Assembly: GCF_009834535.1 (NCBI RefSeq)
Contig: NC_045697.1
Span: forward strand, 39,496,001 to 39,560,000
DNA length: 64,000 nt
Source: Camelus ferus
Taxonomy: Eukaryota
Reading direction: 5' to 3'
The translations under genes and the position numbers were made by a program. Shown one piece after another: positions 36,910-50,712 of this stretch (positions within the stretch are counted from its first letter, which is position 1; every line of letters starts with the position of its first letter). The notes under the pieces are model-generated. The model had not been told where the DNA came from and searched no databases. It was given only the letters and a program-made list of their open reading frames with translations.

Positions 36910-37960
36910 GCTGCATTCATTAAATAATCATCTGATGCCTACCTAGGAACAGGAGACTCATCAGTGATAGAAGCAAGCTTCTGCTCTTATGACACTTCTA
37001 TTCTAATGAGGATACAATAAACAATGGGCAGTAAACAAAGAATTAAGGAAATACAGAGTTTGTCAGATGGTGATGTGTTCTGTAGAGAAAAAGCAGGGAA
37101 GGAGAAAAGTGGTGCTGGTGAGGTAGGGGAATGTCATTTGCTCGTTTAAATCAGATGGTCACAATGTTTCCTTGACGAGGGACATTTTAGCCGAGACTTG
37201 AAGGTGGTGAAGGAGCAAGCCGTAAAGACACTTGAGGAGAGGACTACCGGCAGGGAGAAGAGCAGTACAAAGGCCTGAGAGGGACGTCCACCTGCTCTGT
37301 GTGAGAGTGGAGACGAGAAGACTGATGCGGTTGGATTACAGTCAACAAGGGGGAAGTGAAAAGTAGTGATGTCACAGAGGCAGGAAGGGCCCAGATCATG
37401 TGTGCTCTTGCAGGTCATTGTTGGGACTTTGACTTTTATTCTGATGGTGCTTTATTAGACAGTACTGAACAAGAGAGTGCCATGATCTGACTTACCTATT
37501 CCAAGGGTTGCTCTATCTGCTATAGAGAATAGACTGTTGAGAGGGACAGGTAGAAGCACAGGGAGACCCACCGGGAGCTTATCACAATCGTTACATTAAG
37601 GAACAAAGGAACAATGGTGGCTTGGACCCAGGTAGTGGTAGTGCAGGTGGTGAGATGAGTAGAAAGGTAAGTTAGGGTATGAGAGAGCAACACCGTGGGA
37701 GGCACTGGAGAATGTTTGCAATGAGAGTAGGTGAGCAAGCTAGAAAAGCAGGGGCTGTGAACAGAGAATGGGATGTCTGTGTTAGTCATTTTGGAGGTAG
37801 AGCCCCCTGCAGCGATGATAACATTTAAGTTGTGTTGATGAGAATGAGTAACTGAAGTGGTGGAAAAGAGAAAATCATCGGACGGAAGATGGTTAAGGGA
37901 TGACAAAGATGGTGGTTTATCCATATTGACCCTGAATTTACCCAGGAGGGTGGCAGATTC
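36910..37960 (-). mobile_element. L2 LINE fragment
   Basis: 'cattcattaaata' 3' end, 'gggcccagatcatg..gactttgacttttattctga', 'ggtggcttggacccaggtagtggtagtg'. Confidence 0.75.
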
Positions 37961-40159
37961 AGAGGCGGACAGGAAGACTGTGAGCCTGGTCTGCCTAGTA
38001 GATGCATATTATTTATATACTTTGTGCACAAATTATCAGTATGTATAGAGTTAATGTAGAACCTCATATATATGTGTACCTACAGAAAATAATGTGATTA
38101 ATATGTTACTAAATATCTATCTAGAAGTATCTAGACAAGTCTCATTCTATTCCAAATAAACATCTTGTGAGACTGTCTTTACTAGACAGTGTTGCTATTG
38201 CTTGTTATATTGTTGGGGATTTATTTTGAAATTATCTCCAGCTATATGTCATTCATTTATCACATTTTTTCATATATGATTGGACTGGGAGATCCTTGTA
38301 TGTTAATGTTTTATTTGATTATGGAAAGTAGTCAGTAGTCATTTTGAGCCACAGCAGATCACTAAGTTGGGGAGTAGTGATTAAATATTAACTTTTGGTT
38401 TTAAAGTTGAAGTCTGGCTATAAAATAATTATGCTGATTTTTCTGTGTGACTCATATAGAAACTCTCAAGACAGTTACTTTAAAATATTCTGGGCAAAAG
38501 GAAAAAAATCTTAGAATAGCCTTCTGCAGCAATTAGTTTGAGGGACATGCTCACTTATCAGTAGGTGTTTTGGCAAGTTTGAATCCAGGGTTCCTATTGA
38601 GTCATTTACCACATAAGCTGATATAGCATATGAGCTTCCTAAAACACTTCCCATGTCTGTTTCATGCTCAAAAACATTGCATATGTCTCCATTTTTTATT
38701 TAGGGATATAATCTAAAATTAACTTCAACATATGTTTGTTCACTTTTTTCTTATTTATTGCCTACTTGGTGCAAAGATCTGGACTAAATGCTGGGCCTCT
38801 TCAGAAAATAAATGAGACATGTCTCTGTCTCTAAGAGAATTTATAGTCTGCAACACACAAACAAAATCAGTGCAGGTACAGAGGGGCAAAAAAGGAAAGG
38901 GGGACTTTATGCCAGATACTGTATTAAGTTCTTCTATACCTATTATCTCATTTACTTCTCAAAAGAACCCTGGAAAGTAAATGATCTTAATTGTATTTTG
39001 TGGATAAGGAAGTCTACAGAGTCAATTATTCAAGGTCAATAGCAGCAAATGACAGCTGGATTTTGAACTCAAAGGACCGTTTACAGACCTACTATAAAAA
39101 TAACCAAAATTATAGTTTTAAATTGGAACATCAGTGCCATGAACATTTATACATTTATTCATTCGGTATGTATTAAAGCAATTCAGTATCAGGGAAGTAC
39201 TTGAATTATGTTCTTCTGACTCTAGTCCTACTTGTTTTTACTACTCCTAGTCTTTTCTGTAGCCTTCAAGAATACTCCAAACTAGGTAACAGTGAAGTCA
39301 TAATAGGAAACAAAAAATGCTTTGGTTTTTCTGTTGTTGTTTGATACCTTGTGATTTGGCAGTTTTGTATCTTTGTGTGGGTGAACTTACATTGGGCAAA
39401 TGACTAATTTGTACCCACCCAAATCTATAGGTTATCATTTTGAGAACCTAGGAACTCAGAGGTAGCAGCAAAATCATTTGCTCATTTCTTCAGATCAAAT
39501 CGTTCTTTAGATTGTGAGCTATGCCTTTTAGATTGGTTCCAAGTTTGAAGGTTAAAAAATATTTAGTGATGTTTAAGAAAAGCAAAGATAAAATACTGTT
39601 TGCTTGCATGATGCAAATGGATATTCTCTAATAGTGGAGACTGATTAGATTATCAATCAGTATAAAGCATCAAGTAATAAAAGTAGTTTTCAAAGTTATT
39701 GCTTAGCTCTGGGTACTTTTATGGCTCCAGTTTTTAAATCATAGTCACATATTTACAATTCAGATTACTGTTAATTTCTTCTCCCCAGACATCTTGTTTC
39801 GTAGAATGCGTACAGATAAACACTAGAAGGTCATGTCTGCTCAGGAATCGTTGGAATAGATTAGGTATATATGTGCCAGATGTTAAATTCTTTCTTTCCT
39901 ATTATGAGGAATGTTTAACAGAAGGTAGACTAAATTACTTTTGCTTATGAAAACATTGTTATGCTGTGTAACCTTTAAACTGCTTATAGTGAGTTAGCAA
40001 GACTTTGGCACTGACACCTCAAAAGTTGCCTACTTTAAATCATTATATAGTGTGTGTTTGGCAAATAGGGACACTCAGTAAATAGCCAGTGAATATTTGA
40101 AGATTTCGAAGATTACTTGTATTTGCTTTAGAACTGAGTTTCTGCTGTTTTCTTTAGTT

Positions 40160-40500
40160 GGTCTCCCAGGGATGGAAGTACCTAGACAATAGTGTCCTTC
40201 CAGGGGCAGCCCTTAACAAGTGACTGAGGAGTACGGAGGTATAAATTCCCAGCTCCTTACTCTTTGGTTGGAATAATTCTGGGATGTGTATTTTATGGTG
40301 TTTTTCAGAGCTTCCCCCCACCCCCGAGTTGAAGCTTCAAAACCACTGAAATAGCTACAGTAGCTTAATAATGACACCCTTACTGACTGCCTTCTCCTTC
40401 CACTATTGACCCATTCCCCTGCTGAACTACCCAGATAAGCTACTTGCTCACAATCCTTGTTGCAGGGTGTGCTTCTGATTGGGTGGGTGCGGGTCCAACC
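40160..40500 (+). mobile_element. ERVL LTR16-like fragment
   Basis: 'ggggcagcccttaac..ggaggtataaattcccagctcc..cccagataagctacttgc..aatccttgt..gggtgtgcttctg'. Confidence 0.65.
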
Positions 40501-41727
40501 AGAACATCTCGAATTCTCCCTCTGTGAAACTCTCTCATCCTCCGGTATAGTTAATCCCCTTCTCCTCTGTTGTCCCAGGGTGCTCTTTTTATCCTTTTAT
40601 GAGAACAAGTCTCATATTTTGCCTCTGGAGAGTTGCTTTTTTCTCTTATATGACTTTATATATTCTCCAAAGTTAAGAAAAATATCTCATATTTACATAT
40701 ACATTGAGTTTTCTCTAAAAGTTGGAGAATAGCTCGTACATTCTTGCATCTTCCGAAGCACTCATTCTAGTTTCTTACACTTACTCAAAAATGTCCATTG
40801 AATTGTACCATGTATGTCTAAATAAAAGTTGACTCAAATTTATTTCAGGGAAGTCATAGTAAGTATTCTGGACATTAATAATTGTCCACATTTCTAGAGT
40901 ACAGAATAAAAGTTTGCTTAACAGAACTTCACCTAACTAATTTGCTAGATTAGTCCATTTACTGCATTTGTTTGTAAAGCACACTGACTGCTGTCCATGG
41001 CAACACTGAACGCTTGTGGCTAACAGGCTATTCTCTTATAGACTTGTTCATTACCAGTTTTGCTATATGCTAACTAAGAATCAGTTGTATTTATTTCCAA
41101 AACTATTTATGCCAGACTTTTTATGGTACCTGTATACTTTAACAAATGCAAATTGAATGCAACATTTAAGCTATTTTTAGGAAAATGGTGTTAGCATAGT
41201 TAATAGAACCTTCTGTAACAGACTCTGAAGTCTTTGTGGCTAACACAATTGACGTTTCTCACTCACTCCACAGTCCAGTGCGTTGAGCAGCCCTCCTCCA
41301 TGTTGTCCCAACTGCCCTCCTAGGTTGCCTCAGTAGGAAAAGAAGAGGTTGAAAAATAATATGCAATAGTCTTATAACTACACCTGGACGTGACTTATAA
41401 TACTTCTCACATTTCAATGAGCAGATTCAGTCAAATGACTCCCCATCTAACTGAAAGGGAGACTGAAAGCATAGTCTTTGTGGTGCCTGGAGAGAGGACA
41501 TAAAGGACATGAGGAGATTGTATCATGTTCACAAAGAATTATCTTTTCTGCAAAAGCTAAGTTTAATACATTGGAAAGGCTCAATAAAGATTACAGTCTT
41601 CACATAGGTGATACATTATGATTATGGTTTATACAGGGAAGAAAGTCTGGAATTCCAAGATATTGGCCATTTCCAACCAAAGGCCCACATCAAAAGACAG
41701 GGAAATAAATGAACATGTAAGAGTTTT

Positions 41728-41758
<31 letters not shown>

Positions 41759-41884
41759 TCTAAGTATGTGTTATTTCTATGTATCCTTTTTTTTTTTTTT
41801 TAACGATTTCTTATTTACGTTTACTTTGGAGGCCACCTAACCTGCAATATTTCCTGATCTAATTAAACAGGAAGGCTTCTTCTA

Positions 41885-42150
41885 GAGAGGCATTATTTTG
41901 TAGAATTAAGAGCAGGACTCTGGAGACAGATTGCCTGGTTTCAGTTTTCAGCTCTGCCTCTTATCAGGTGTGTGACCTTGAACAGGCTACTTATACTTTC
42001 TGTGCCTCAATGTCCATGTATAATAGATTTACATGGAAAAATACATATCTTACAGAGGGTTATTGTGAGGATCAAGTGAATAAAAGTATAATAAGCACTT
42101 AGAAAAATGCTACACATGCATTAAGTGCTATATAAGTGAAAGCCAGTATT
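41885..42150 (+). repeat. MIR SINE, near full length
   Basis: 'ttaagagcaggactctggagacagattgcctggttt..gtgtgaccttga..tctgtgcctca..gggttattgtgaggatca..taagtgct'. Confidence 0.85.
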
Positions 42151-42392
42151 ATTATTTTGATTATAATTATCATCATCATTGTAAATTTAATTCCACAGTT
42201 TTCTACTGAGTGACCATACTATAAGTGATACTATAGTAAATATTTGTGTAATTTAAAGTACTTTAGTTAAAAAACAAAAAGCAACTCTGGCTAAAATTAG
42301 ACCAAAAAAATAAGAAAGAAAAGATAAAGTAAAAGAATTTTTTGGAGTCACATAGGGTACTTTACAGAATGGAGAGCAAAGCTGAACACATC

Positions 42393-43930
42393 AGCAGGAT
42401 GGCAGACTAAGAGGTTCCAACTTTCATCCCCGCACAAAAACAACAATCTGACCATTGCTATGGGTGTTAATAGCTCTGAGAAAGCTCTAGAGTACAATTA
42501 AGAAGGTCCAGCAACCCAGTGGAGTGCAGAAACCAAGGAAGGCCACATGTTATAAGTGTAGGAAGCATCTTACCTACACCTCCCATTCCACAGGGCAGCA
42601 CAGGTTGGCACCAAGAGGGATCATGTTGGCTGACTTTTTCCTGTGGAGGCAAAGGAGGACAAAAGGACCTTAGCAGTCCTTACTGCCACCAGGGACGCCC
42701 CCAACAACCTTCACCACCAATGACCTGCATAATCTTCACTAATGCTTACAACAGCTGAGTGCAGACACCAATGCAAGGCAACAAGTAATATGAAAAATCA
42801 AGGAAATATGACACCACAAAAGGAACACAATAAATTCCTAGTAACTGACTTCCCCAGAATGTAGAAATGAATTGCCTGGCAAACAATTCAAAATAATTGT
42901 CTTAAAGAAGCTCAGCAAGCTACAAGAAAACACAAATAGACAGCTTAACATAATCAGGAAAGCAACAAAAAGATAGAAATCATTTTTAAAAAACACACAG
43001 AAATTCTGGAGCAAAAGAATGCAACAAATGAATTTTTTAAAAATGTAATAGAAACAGCAGACTAAATCAAGCCAAAGAAGGAATCAGCAAACTCAAAGAT
43101 AGGTTATTTGAAATTACCCAATCAGAAGAGATTAAAGAATAAAAGCCTATAGGATTTATGAGACATCAGGTGAACCAATATATGCATTATGGGAGTCTCA
43201 GGAGGGAGAGGGGGAGAGAAAGAGAATATCTACACTGAGACACATTGTAATCAAATTGTCAAAAGTCAAGGAGAAAAAATTTTCCAAGTATGAAGGGAAA
43301 AAAAAAATAATGCATCATATATAGGAAATGTGGCAACCGCCCCCCCCCCCCCCCACCATAAGACTATCTGCAGAATTCTACGCAGAAACCTTGCAGGTCA
43401 GGAGAGAGTGGAATGATGTATTCAAAATACTGAAAGAAAAAAAAAATCTACAAACCAAGAACATTTTAGCTGAAAAAAATTATTCTTTAAGAATAAAGGA
43501 GAGGAAAATAGACTGATTGATAAACAAAACAAAAACTGAGGTCAGACAAACAAAAACCAAGGGAGTTTATCACCACTAGCCCTGCCTTGCAAAAAATGCT
43601 TAAGGAAGTTCTTCAAATCAAAACAAACAACATGGTAGACCACAAGGTGAAAGCATAAATCTTACTGGTAAGGATAAGAATATAGACAAATAGAGAATAA
43701 TGTTATACTGTAATAGTGATGTATAAATTATTTTAACCCTAATATACAAGTTAGAAGATAAACATTTGTTAATGTATACAGTTTTAAAGAAGCAAACTCT
43801 AACTACAGGGAGACAAAGTGTGTGTACCGTGGTAAAAGTGTAGAGTTATTGTATGTGATGGAAGTTAAATTGTCAACAACTTAAAATGGGTTATTATAAC
43901 TATAAAATATTTTATCCAAACCTCGTGATG
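42393..43930 (+). mobile_element. Old L1 5' portion (5'UTR, degenerate ORF1, inter-ORF); no ORF2 or tail seen
   Basis: Begins 'gcaggatggcagactaagagg'; ORF1 start 'atatgaaaaatcaaggaaatatgacaccac'; peptide IRLSAEFYAETLQVRREWNDVFKILKEK. Confidence 0.75.
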
Positions 43931-43999
43931 AAAATGGTATGAGATCATTGCATCATTTGGAAAAAGAAGACCTCTGCATCAGCCCTTGAATTGCTGCAG

Positions 44000-45540
44000 T
44001 TTCATTCAATTCATTCATTCAGCACATATTTACTGAGCTCCTGCTGTATCAGGCACTTTTTATTGGCATTGTAGTTTTAGTAATGTGTTAAGGGTATTCC
44101 AATTATTTGCCTTCAAAGAACTTCTGTTTACTAGAGGATACTCAAAGCAAACCAATACCAATAGACTTGTAACTTTATTGTATAGAGGAGAAGCAGCAGC
44201 CAAGGAGACCATGTGGAATTGGTCATTGAAGTAGGCAGTTTTTTTTTTTTTTCCTATCAGTGGTGCTGTAGCAGCAAATAGAAGGAGTCACCTGGGTCAG
44301 ATGTTGCCCAGAACCCCAGTAAGATGGAGACCAAGCTGTGACTGTTTTTAGCACTTTCTGTGGAGTAGTGACCAAAAAAAAAAAAAAAAAAAAAAAAACA
44401 CCCGATTTGGGGGCATTGATGATGAAGAAGTAGAGATAGGGAAGACAGCTGTATGGAGGAGTTTGCTTGATACAAAGGAAAGCAGAAAACATAGAACCAA
44501 CCACAGCTAATGGGAGAAGTGAGATTAAGGAAGTGTTTTAAAAACAACAACAACAAAAAAAGAGATAATTACAGAGCATGCCTGTGATTAATGGGAATGA
44601 TGTAGTGGTGAGGAAGTGGGAGGGAGACTTGAATGATGTCCTTGAGAAGGTGAGAGGAGAAAGATCCAAGGTGATGTGGAAGGAATGGCTGTTTAATAGG
44701 ATCAGAATCTTCCATTATAACAGGAGGGACTCAGAGTGGTTTGTAAATTTGATAATGGGATATTGAGTAGCTTCTCTGATGCCGCTTTTTTGCCAGTGAA
44801 GTGAGAATGGAAGGAAAGGGGTTTGAGAAGAGAGGAGAAGGCATGAAATACCATCTCAGAGAGTGGAAAAAGCACATTACTAAAGATGTGTAGCAGGATT
44901 TCTGTGCATTAGAGAGGTTTCATTCAAGATGTTATGGTAATAAACTTAATATAGTCAACCAATTCTATAATTTTTTGTAACCACTTTGAGTTGCTCCATT
45001 CCCAGCACAGAGAAGGCATATAGCCAGATTCATCTAAGGTTGTACTTCTGGGAGATGAATGCCATGATTGAAGACCAGAGGAAGGAAGTGAAGGGCATTA
45101 GCAAAGGAATGAAAGGTCATGAAGTGTAAGCTGATTAAGGGGGAATTAAGAACAGGAGGGATTGTGAAAGGTTAGAGAAGTGATATTGTTCATTCATTTG
45201 GTTTACGCATTCACTACGACAACTGAGCGTCTGTGTTCCAAACACTGTTCTGGGCCCTGTGGATATGTTTGTGGGCAAGACTGATCAAGTCTTCTCACAG
45301 AGTGGGGTGAGATGGACAATAAAGAATTAAAACCAGTACTGTTAAAGTCAGATATAGCTGAGCACTATGAAGAATAGAGAGAGAGCATCCAGTGGGTGGG
45401 GAGAGCAGTGGCGATTTGGATGAGGTGCCCCAGGAAGGGAACCCTCTCTAGTGAAACTCAGCAGAGACTTGGGTGACGTAAGGGCACAAACCTGTGAACA
45501 GCTGGGAGCAGTGTGCTCGGCTGAGGGAACAGCAAGTGCT
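44000..45540 (-). mobile_element. L2 LINE fragments
   Basis: L2 3' ends 'ttcattcattcagcacatatttactgagc' (~44010) and 'ttcattcattt..actgagcgtctgtg..cactgttctggg' (~45190). Confidence 0.6.
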
Positions 45541-46019
45541 GTTCTGTTTTTCAAATGTCATTAGTGATTGAACAGTAAGGCCAACAAAGCCATGATAAAC
45601 AAGGTGTTTTTTCCTGCCCTATTGTTTGTTTAAATGGTGTTTTCATTATAGTGAAGTAACACAGCGAGTTTAAGCAATTGGTGGTTGCACAAAAGGCATT
45701 AGAGTGAGCAGTCAGCTCAGTCAGAAGTCTCATTCAAATAGACCAAACATTCCAAATAAATGTAAATATACCATATAGAATATATTCATGTCTAATTTAT
45801 CATTCCAATGACTAGCATTGAAATACCACACCTAGTAGGGTTCACTTAATATTTGAGTGAATTTCCATGGCTACATACAGTTTAATACTTACAAATGCAG
45901 AAATCCCTTCCTTGAAACCTCTGCAAAGTTCTTCTAAGGGAAGAGTTCAAACACAAACCTGAGGTCTCTTCCCTTTGTCCTGGGAGTGTGGGGACTCCCA
46001 TGCTGTAAAAGGGTTTTTT

Positions 46020-47296
46020 TAGAACACTCTCTCACCATATGCAAAAATAAACTCAAAATGACTTAAAGAGTTAAATAGAAGTCAAGACATGATAAACCTC
46101 CTAGAAGAAAACATAGGCAAAACATTCTCTGACATAAATCTTGGCATTATTCTCCTAGAGAGGTCTACCCAGGCAACAGAAATAAAAGCAAAAATTAACA
46201 AACAGGACCTAATGAAACTTATAAGCTTTTGCACAGCAAAGGAAACCATAAGCAAAACAGAATGACAAATTTGCAAATGATGCAACTGACAAAGGTTTAA
46301 TTTCCAGAATATATAAACAGCTTGTAGAACTTAATAACAAAAAAAAAAAAAAAAAAAAAAAAACCCAATCCAAAAATGGGTGGAAGACCTAAACAAGCAG
46401 TTCTCCAGTGAGGACATACAAATGGCCAATAGGCACATGAAAAAATGCTCAATATTGTTAATTATCAGAGAAATGCAAATCCAAACTACAGTGAAGTATC
46501 ACCTCACACCAGTCAGAACAGCCATCATTCAAAAGTCCACAAATGATAAATTCTGGAGAGGGTGTGGAGAAATGGAAGCTTCCTACACTGTTGGTGGGAA
46601 TGTAGTTTGTTGCAGCCATTATGGAAAACAGTATGGAGATTCCTCAAAAGACTAAAAATGGACTTATCATACAATCCAGCAATCCCACTCCTGGGCGTAT
46701 ATTAGGAGGGAACTCTCATTTGAAAAGATACATGCACCCCAATGTTCATAACAGCACTATTTACAATAGCCAAACATAGAAGCAACCTAAATGTCCATCG
46801 ACAGATGATAAAGAAGTTGTGATGTATTTATAAAATGAAATACTACTCAGCCATAAAAAAGAATAAAATAATGGTTTGCAGCAACATGGATGGACGTAGA
46901 GATTATCTTTCTAAGTGAAGTAAGCCAGAAAGAGAATGAAAAATACCTTATGATATCACTTGTATGTGGAGTCTAAAAAAGGGAAAAAGATGAACTTACC
47001 TACAAAACAGAAAGATAGCCACAGACATAGTAAACAATCTTATGGTTACTGGGGGAAAGTGGGTGGGAAGGGATAAATTTGGGAGTTTGAGATTTGCAAA
47101 TGCTAGCCACTATATATAAAAATAGATTTTGTAAAATTTCTGTGTAGCACAGGGAACTATATTCAATATCTTTTAATTACCTTTAAAGAAAAAGAATATG
47201 AAAATGAATATATGTATGTATATGCATGACTGGAACATTGTGCTGTACACCAGAAGTTGACACATTGTAGCTGACTATACTTCAGTTTTTTTAAAA
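46020..47296 (+). mobile_element. 5'-truncated lineage-specific L1
   Basis: TSD AAAAGGSTTTTTT (46007-46019, 47297-47309); ORF2 C-terminus [29 protein letters not shown]; 3' tip 'tgtgctgtacaccagaag..gactatacttca'. Confidence 0.9.
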
Positions 47297-47304
47297 AAAA
47301 GGCT

Positions 47305-47815
47305 TTTTTCACATAGATGTAATTCACATCCCCTAAGATTCACCTGTCTAAAGCATACAGCTCATTAGGGTTTAGTATGTTCACAAAGTTGTATAACCAT
47401 TACCATTATCTAAATCCAGAACATTTTTATCAAGAGAAACCCATACAGACTGGAGCTATTAGAAGTCACTATACAATCCCTCCTTCTCCTGGCCCCTGGC
47501 AATCATGAGTCTACTTCCTGTCACTCTTTGCCTCTTCTGAACATTTCATGTACATGAAGTCACACAACATATGTCGTTCTGTGTTTGACTTCTTTCACTT
47601 AGCATCATGTTTTCAAGATTAATCTATGTGTTTAGCAGGTATTACATTGCTGACTATTATTCCGTCGTGTGTATACACCATTATTTTGTTTATCCATTCA
47701 TCCATTGATAGACATTTGGATTATTTCCATTTTTTAGCAATTATAAATAATGCTGCTATGAGCATTCATGTATCAGTTTTTGTGTGGACATATGTTTTTA
47801 ATTCTCATGTATATA
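47305..47815 (-). mobile_element. L1MB-like 3' end
   Basis: 'aaagttgtataaccattaccattatctaaatccagaacatttt..ggcccctggcaatc..ttgtttatccattcatccattgatagacatttgg'. Confidence 0.8.
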
Positions 47816-50628
47816 GCTACAAGTATAAATGTCTTTTTAATGGCACAACTTTGAAAAGGTTTTACCTTTAAAGTGTTTCTCACTTAACTCCATAATATAT
47901 CTCTTTTAAAACAATACATTAAGTTAATACCAGTTCCTTATTTAAGCTTCTGGTTGAATTACTTTTTCTCCAGAAATCTGAGTGACACTGGCCCTGCAGG
48001 AGATGCTGCTCGGGTTCTGCAACTCTGGGGCCCCTTCCATGGCCACTGCATTGGGGTTGGGGGGCGGGCAGTATTTCAGAGCTTTCTGATGGGGCATGGG
48101 GAATATGACTCTGAACAGGAAGTGGCTTACCTTTTTGTCAATAAATATTGCTTCCCAGAAGAATCATAAAATCATACAAGTCTGGAATTTAAGAATTCTC
48201 GGAGCTCATCTAATCCAGTCCTTTTGTTTTCAAGATCTTTGAACTGAGGGAGAGGTCAGGAGGTTAAAATGCTCGCCTGAGTTCCTCGAGCTGGTTAGTT
48301 AGAGAACCAGGAGGAGAAGCCAGGTCTCTTGACTCTGAATTCAGTGCTTTGACTGCCAAACATCACTTTGACTTGGTTGGCTGAATTTAAAGTCATAAAA
48401 CAAACAAACAAAAAAACCCGTAATTCATGTAGATGGCATTTTCAGTTAAAAGATTACAGAAAATGCTTTCAGAGTCTTAGAGGGAAAAGCTGACTGTCAG
48501 CCTTAGACTTATTAATGCACAGGGACAGGGAGGCAAAATAGGAGCAATAAAGAAATACTGTTACTTTTAGTTTGTGCATCAAGGAGGAGGAAAGAATTAT
48601 AGGTGTTTGTAAATTTACTCAAGACAGACATAAACAAAGGTCAGCTATTCCTATTAACTTCCCGTAAGAGCCAGCCTTTCTTCTCATCACAGTCTAACAT
48701 TCACTTAACCAGTAGTTTAAAAGGAGGTATAAAGATTATGCATAATAATATTATCCAAGTGTAGCCAAATTACGCAACAGATTATGCAGTTAATCGCTTG
48801 GATCTTTTAAATGTCATGCTGGATTTAGTTTATCCCTTTCACAGTGAGTCAGAAGCAGGAATGGGTTCATTCACTATTTCCAGTAAAGGGCTTACCACCA
48901 GCAGGTGTTGTGACTGGTGGGAAAGGCTAGGGCTGGAATGCGCACTTATTTGGAGATCTCAGAAATGTACCCTGGATCCTTACATAGGACTGGGCGTGCG
49001 GCCACAGGCAGCTGAGGGTGTTGGAAGCCCTGCAGCCACCCCCTAGCTCAGAAGATGCTCTTGATCCCCCACCTCAGTCTGGAAATATTGTTTCCTGGCA
49101 CAGAGCGGAGAACAGGTGCCTTGTATAACTCTGTGGTCCTGATCTGAGTCTCAGCTCTACCCCTCTCTGTGTGATGTTGGATGCATCCCCTCAGAATCCA
49201 CATCCCTCATCTGTAAAATTAGGGGGAGGGTAGACCAGCTTATGTTTAAAAACTCTCTTGGCTTGAAAATGCTGTGGTTCTACAACCTAGTCATTTAAGA
49301 TGTCAAGTATATTGGATGATAAGTCATATATAAAGATGACAAGAGCTCAGGCTAAAGTAACTCAACCATCTTTGAGTCCCGGGTGGTTTATTTAACGTCT
49401 GTAAGCTTTCACTGTGTGATACTTCAGAGGGGAATGTGATGACGATAATACCGAGCTCATCGGGCCGTTGGGGGTGGAAATGGCAGTATGAAGGTAAAGT
49501 CTGTAGCACAGTGCCTGATACAACCTGTAACCTGGTAATTAGTTATTAGTCATAAGTAGCATTGTTATTTTTTAGGGACATTTTATCCTAATAATATACT
49601 GTTCCCTTTAGAAATAAATGAATGTAACTCCAGCAAATTTTAGTAATATTATAAAGTATGTAGACTACAATTTTGTTTAAAAGATGATTACTTCACCCTA
49701 AAGTCAAATAGGGAGAAAAAACCTTACTATTTAGATGAATGAGTGGTAGGCATGGAAGGGGAAGAAATGGGATACAGAGGTGAAAATTATAGAGCAGGTG
49801 AAAGAAATCTGACTTATTTTCTCCTTAGCTTTGTTGTTGACTATAATCTTCGTCTTATGTATTTTTGTTCTATCTTAATCTGGAGTTCGAATCGCCCACA
49901 GAAAATTTATTCAAGTTAATGGTTATTCAGAAGTGAGACCCTACATTATTTTTTAAAAAACCAAGGTTATTGTTGTTTTTATTTATCATGTAGAAATAAA
50001 TAATAAATCTATCCAACCCCAAGTAATCTGCTACCTTGTAATCTCTGCTGTTATATTTACATGTACCATTTTGGTGTGAACCAAGGATTTAGAAACTTAA
50101 TAATTTTGGAAACAGATACTCAGATATTTTTTCTCAGGATATTGGTATGAAACTACCACTATTCAATAGCAGTTTGCTAAACTAGATGAAAGAATTTGTG
50201 ATAAAACATTTACAGAATCAGAACTCATTTGTCAAGTACCTGGGGAGAGTTGGAAACTCCAAGTTTGGTGTTTGATATCTTGGAAAATTATTTAATTCTC
50301 CAAAGAAGAGGTGAAGTGTCTGTGGTTATGTAAGTGGCATGATAGTGTAGATGAGATTTTTTTCATAATCGTCTCTGAGTGTATATGTCCCATATGTCCC
50401 ACATCTACTCCATCACCATCTTACATTACTTCACTGCTGTATGTGAAGAAGAAGAAATGAAATGTTTTGACTCGTTGCTACAACCTCACTAGCTTCTGAT
50501 GTGAACAAATTAATCCAGAAATGCCTTTGCTCCCTTACAAATTGCTTTTCACTGCATTGTAATTTCTGTTTAGGGTAATGTTCTGCAGTCTCTAATGTTT
50601 CTTTTATACTTTTTTTTTTTTTTAATAG

Positions 50629-50712
50629 GAGGCCAACTGTAAGAAATCCTTACCCATCCTTCTCACAAAAGACATCGAAAGAGACAAGCGAAAGCCATCT
50701 CCAAAAACCAAG
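50629..50712 (+). CDS. FAM13A: FAM13A internal coding exon (84 nt; probably human exon 6 equivalent)
   Basis: Long T tract + AATAG acceptor (AG 50627-50628); phase 0 matches previous exon; EANCKKSLPILLTKDIERDKRKPSPKTK resembles remembered human EVYYKNSLPILLTRGLERDMPKPPPKTK; donor AAG|GTAGGT at 50713. Confidence 0.92.
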
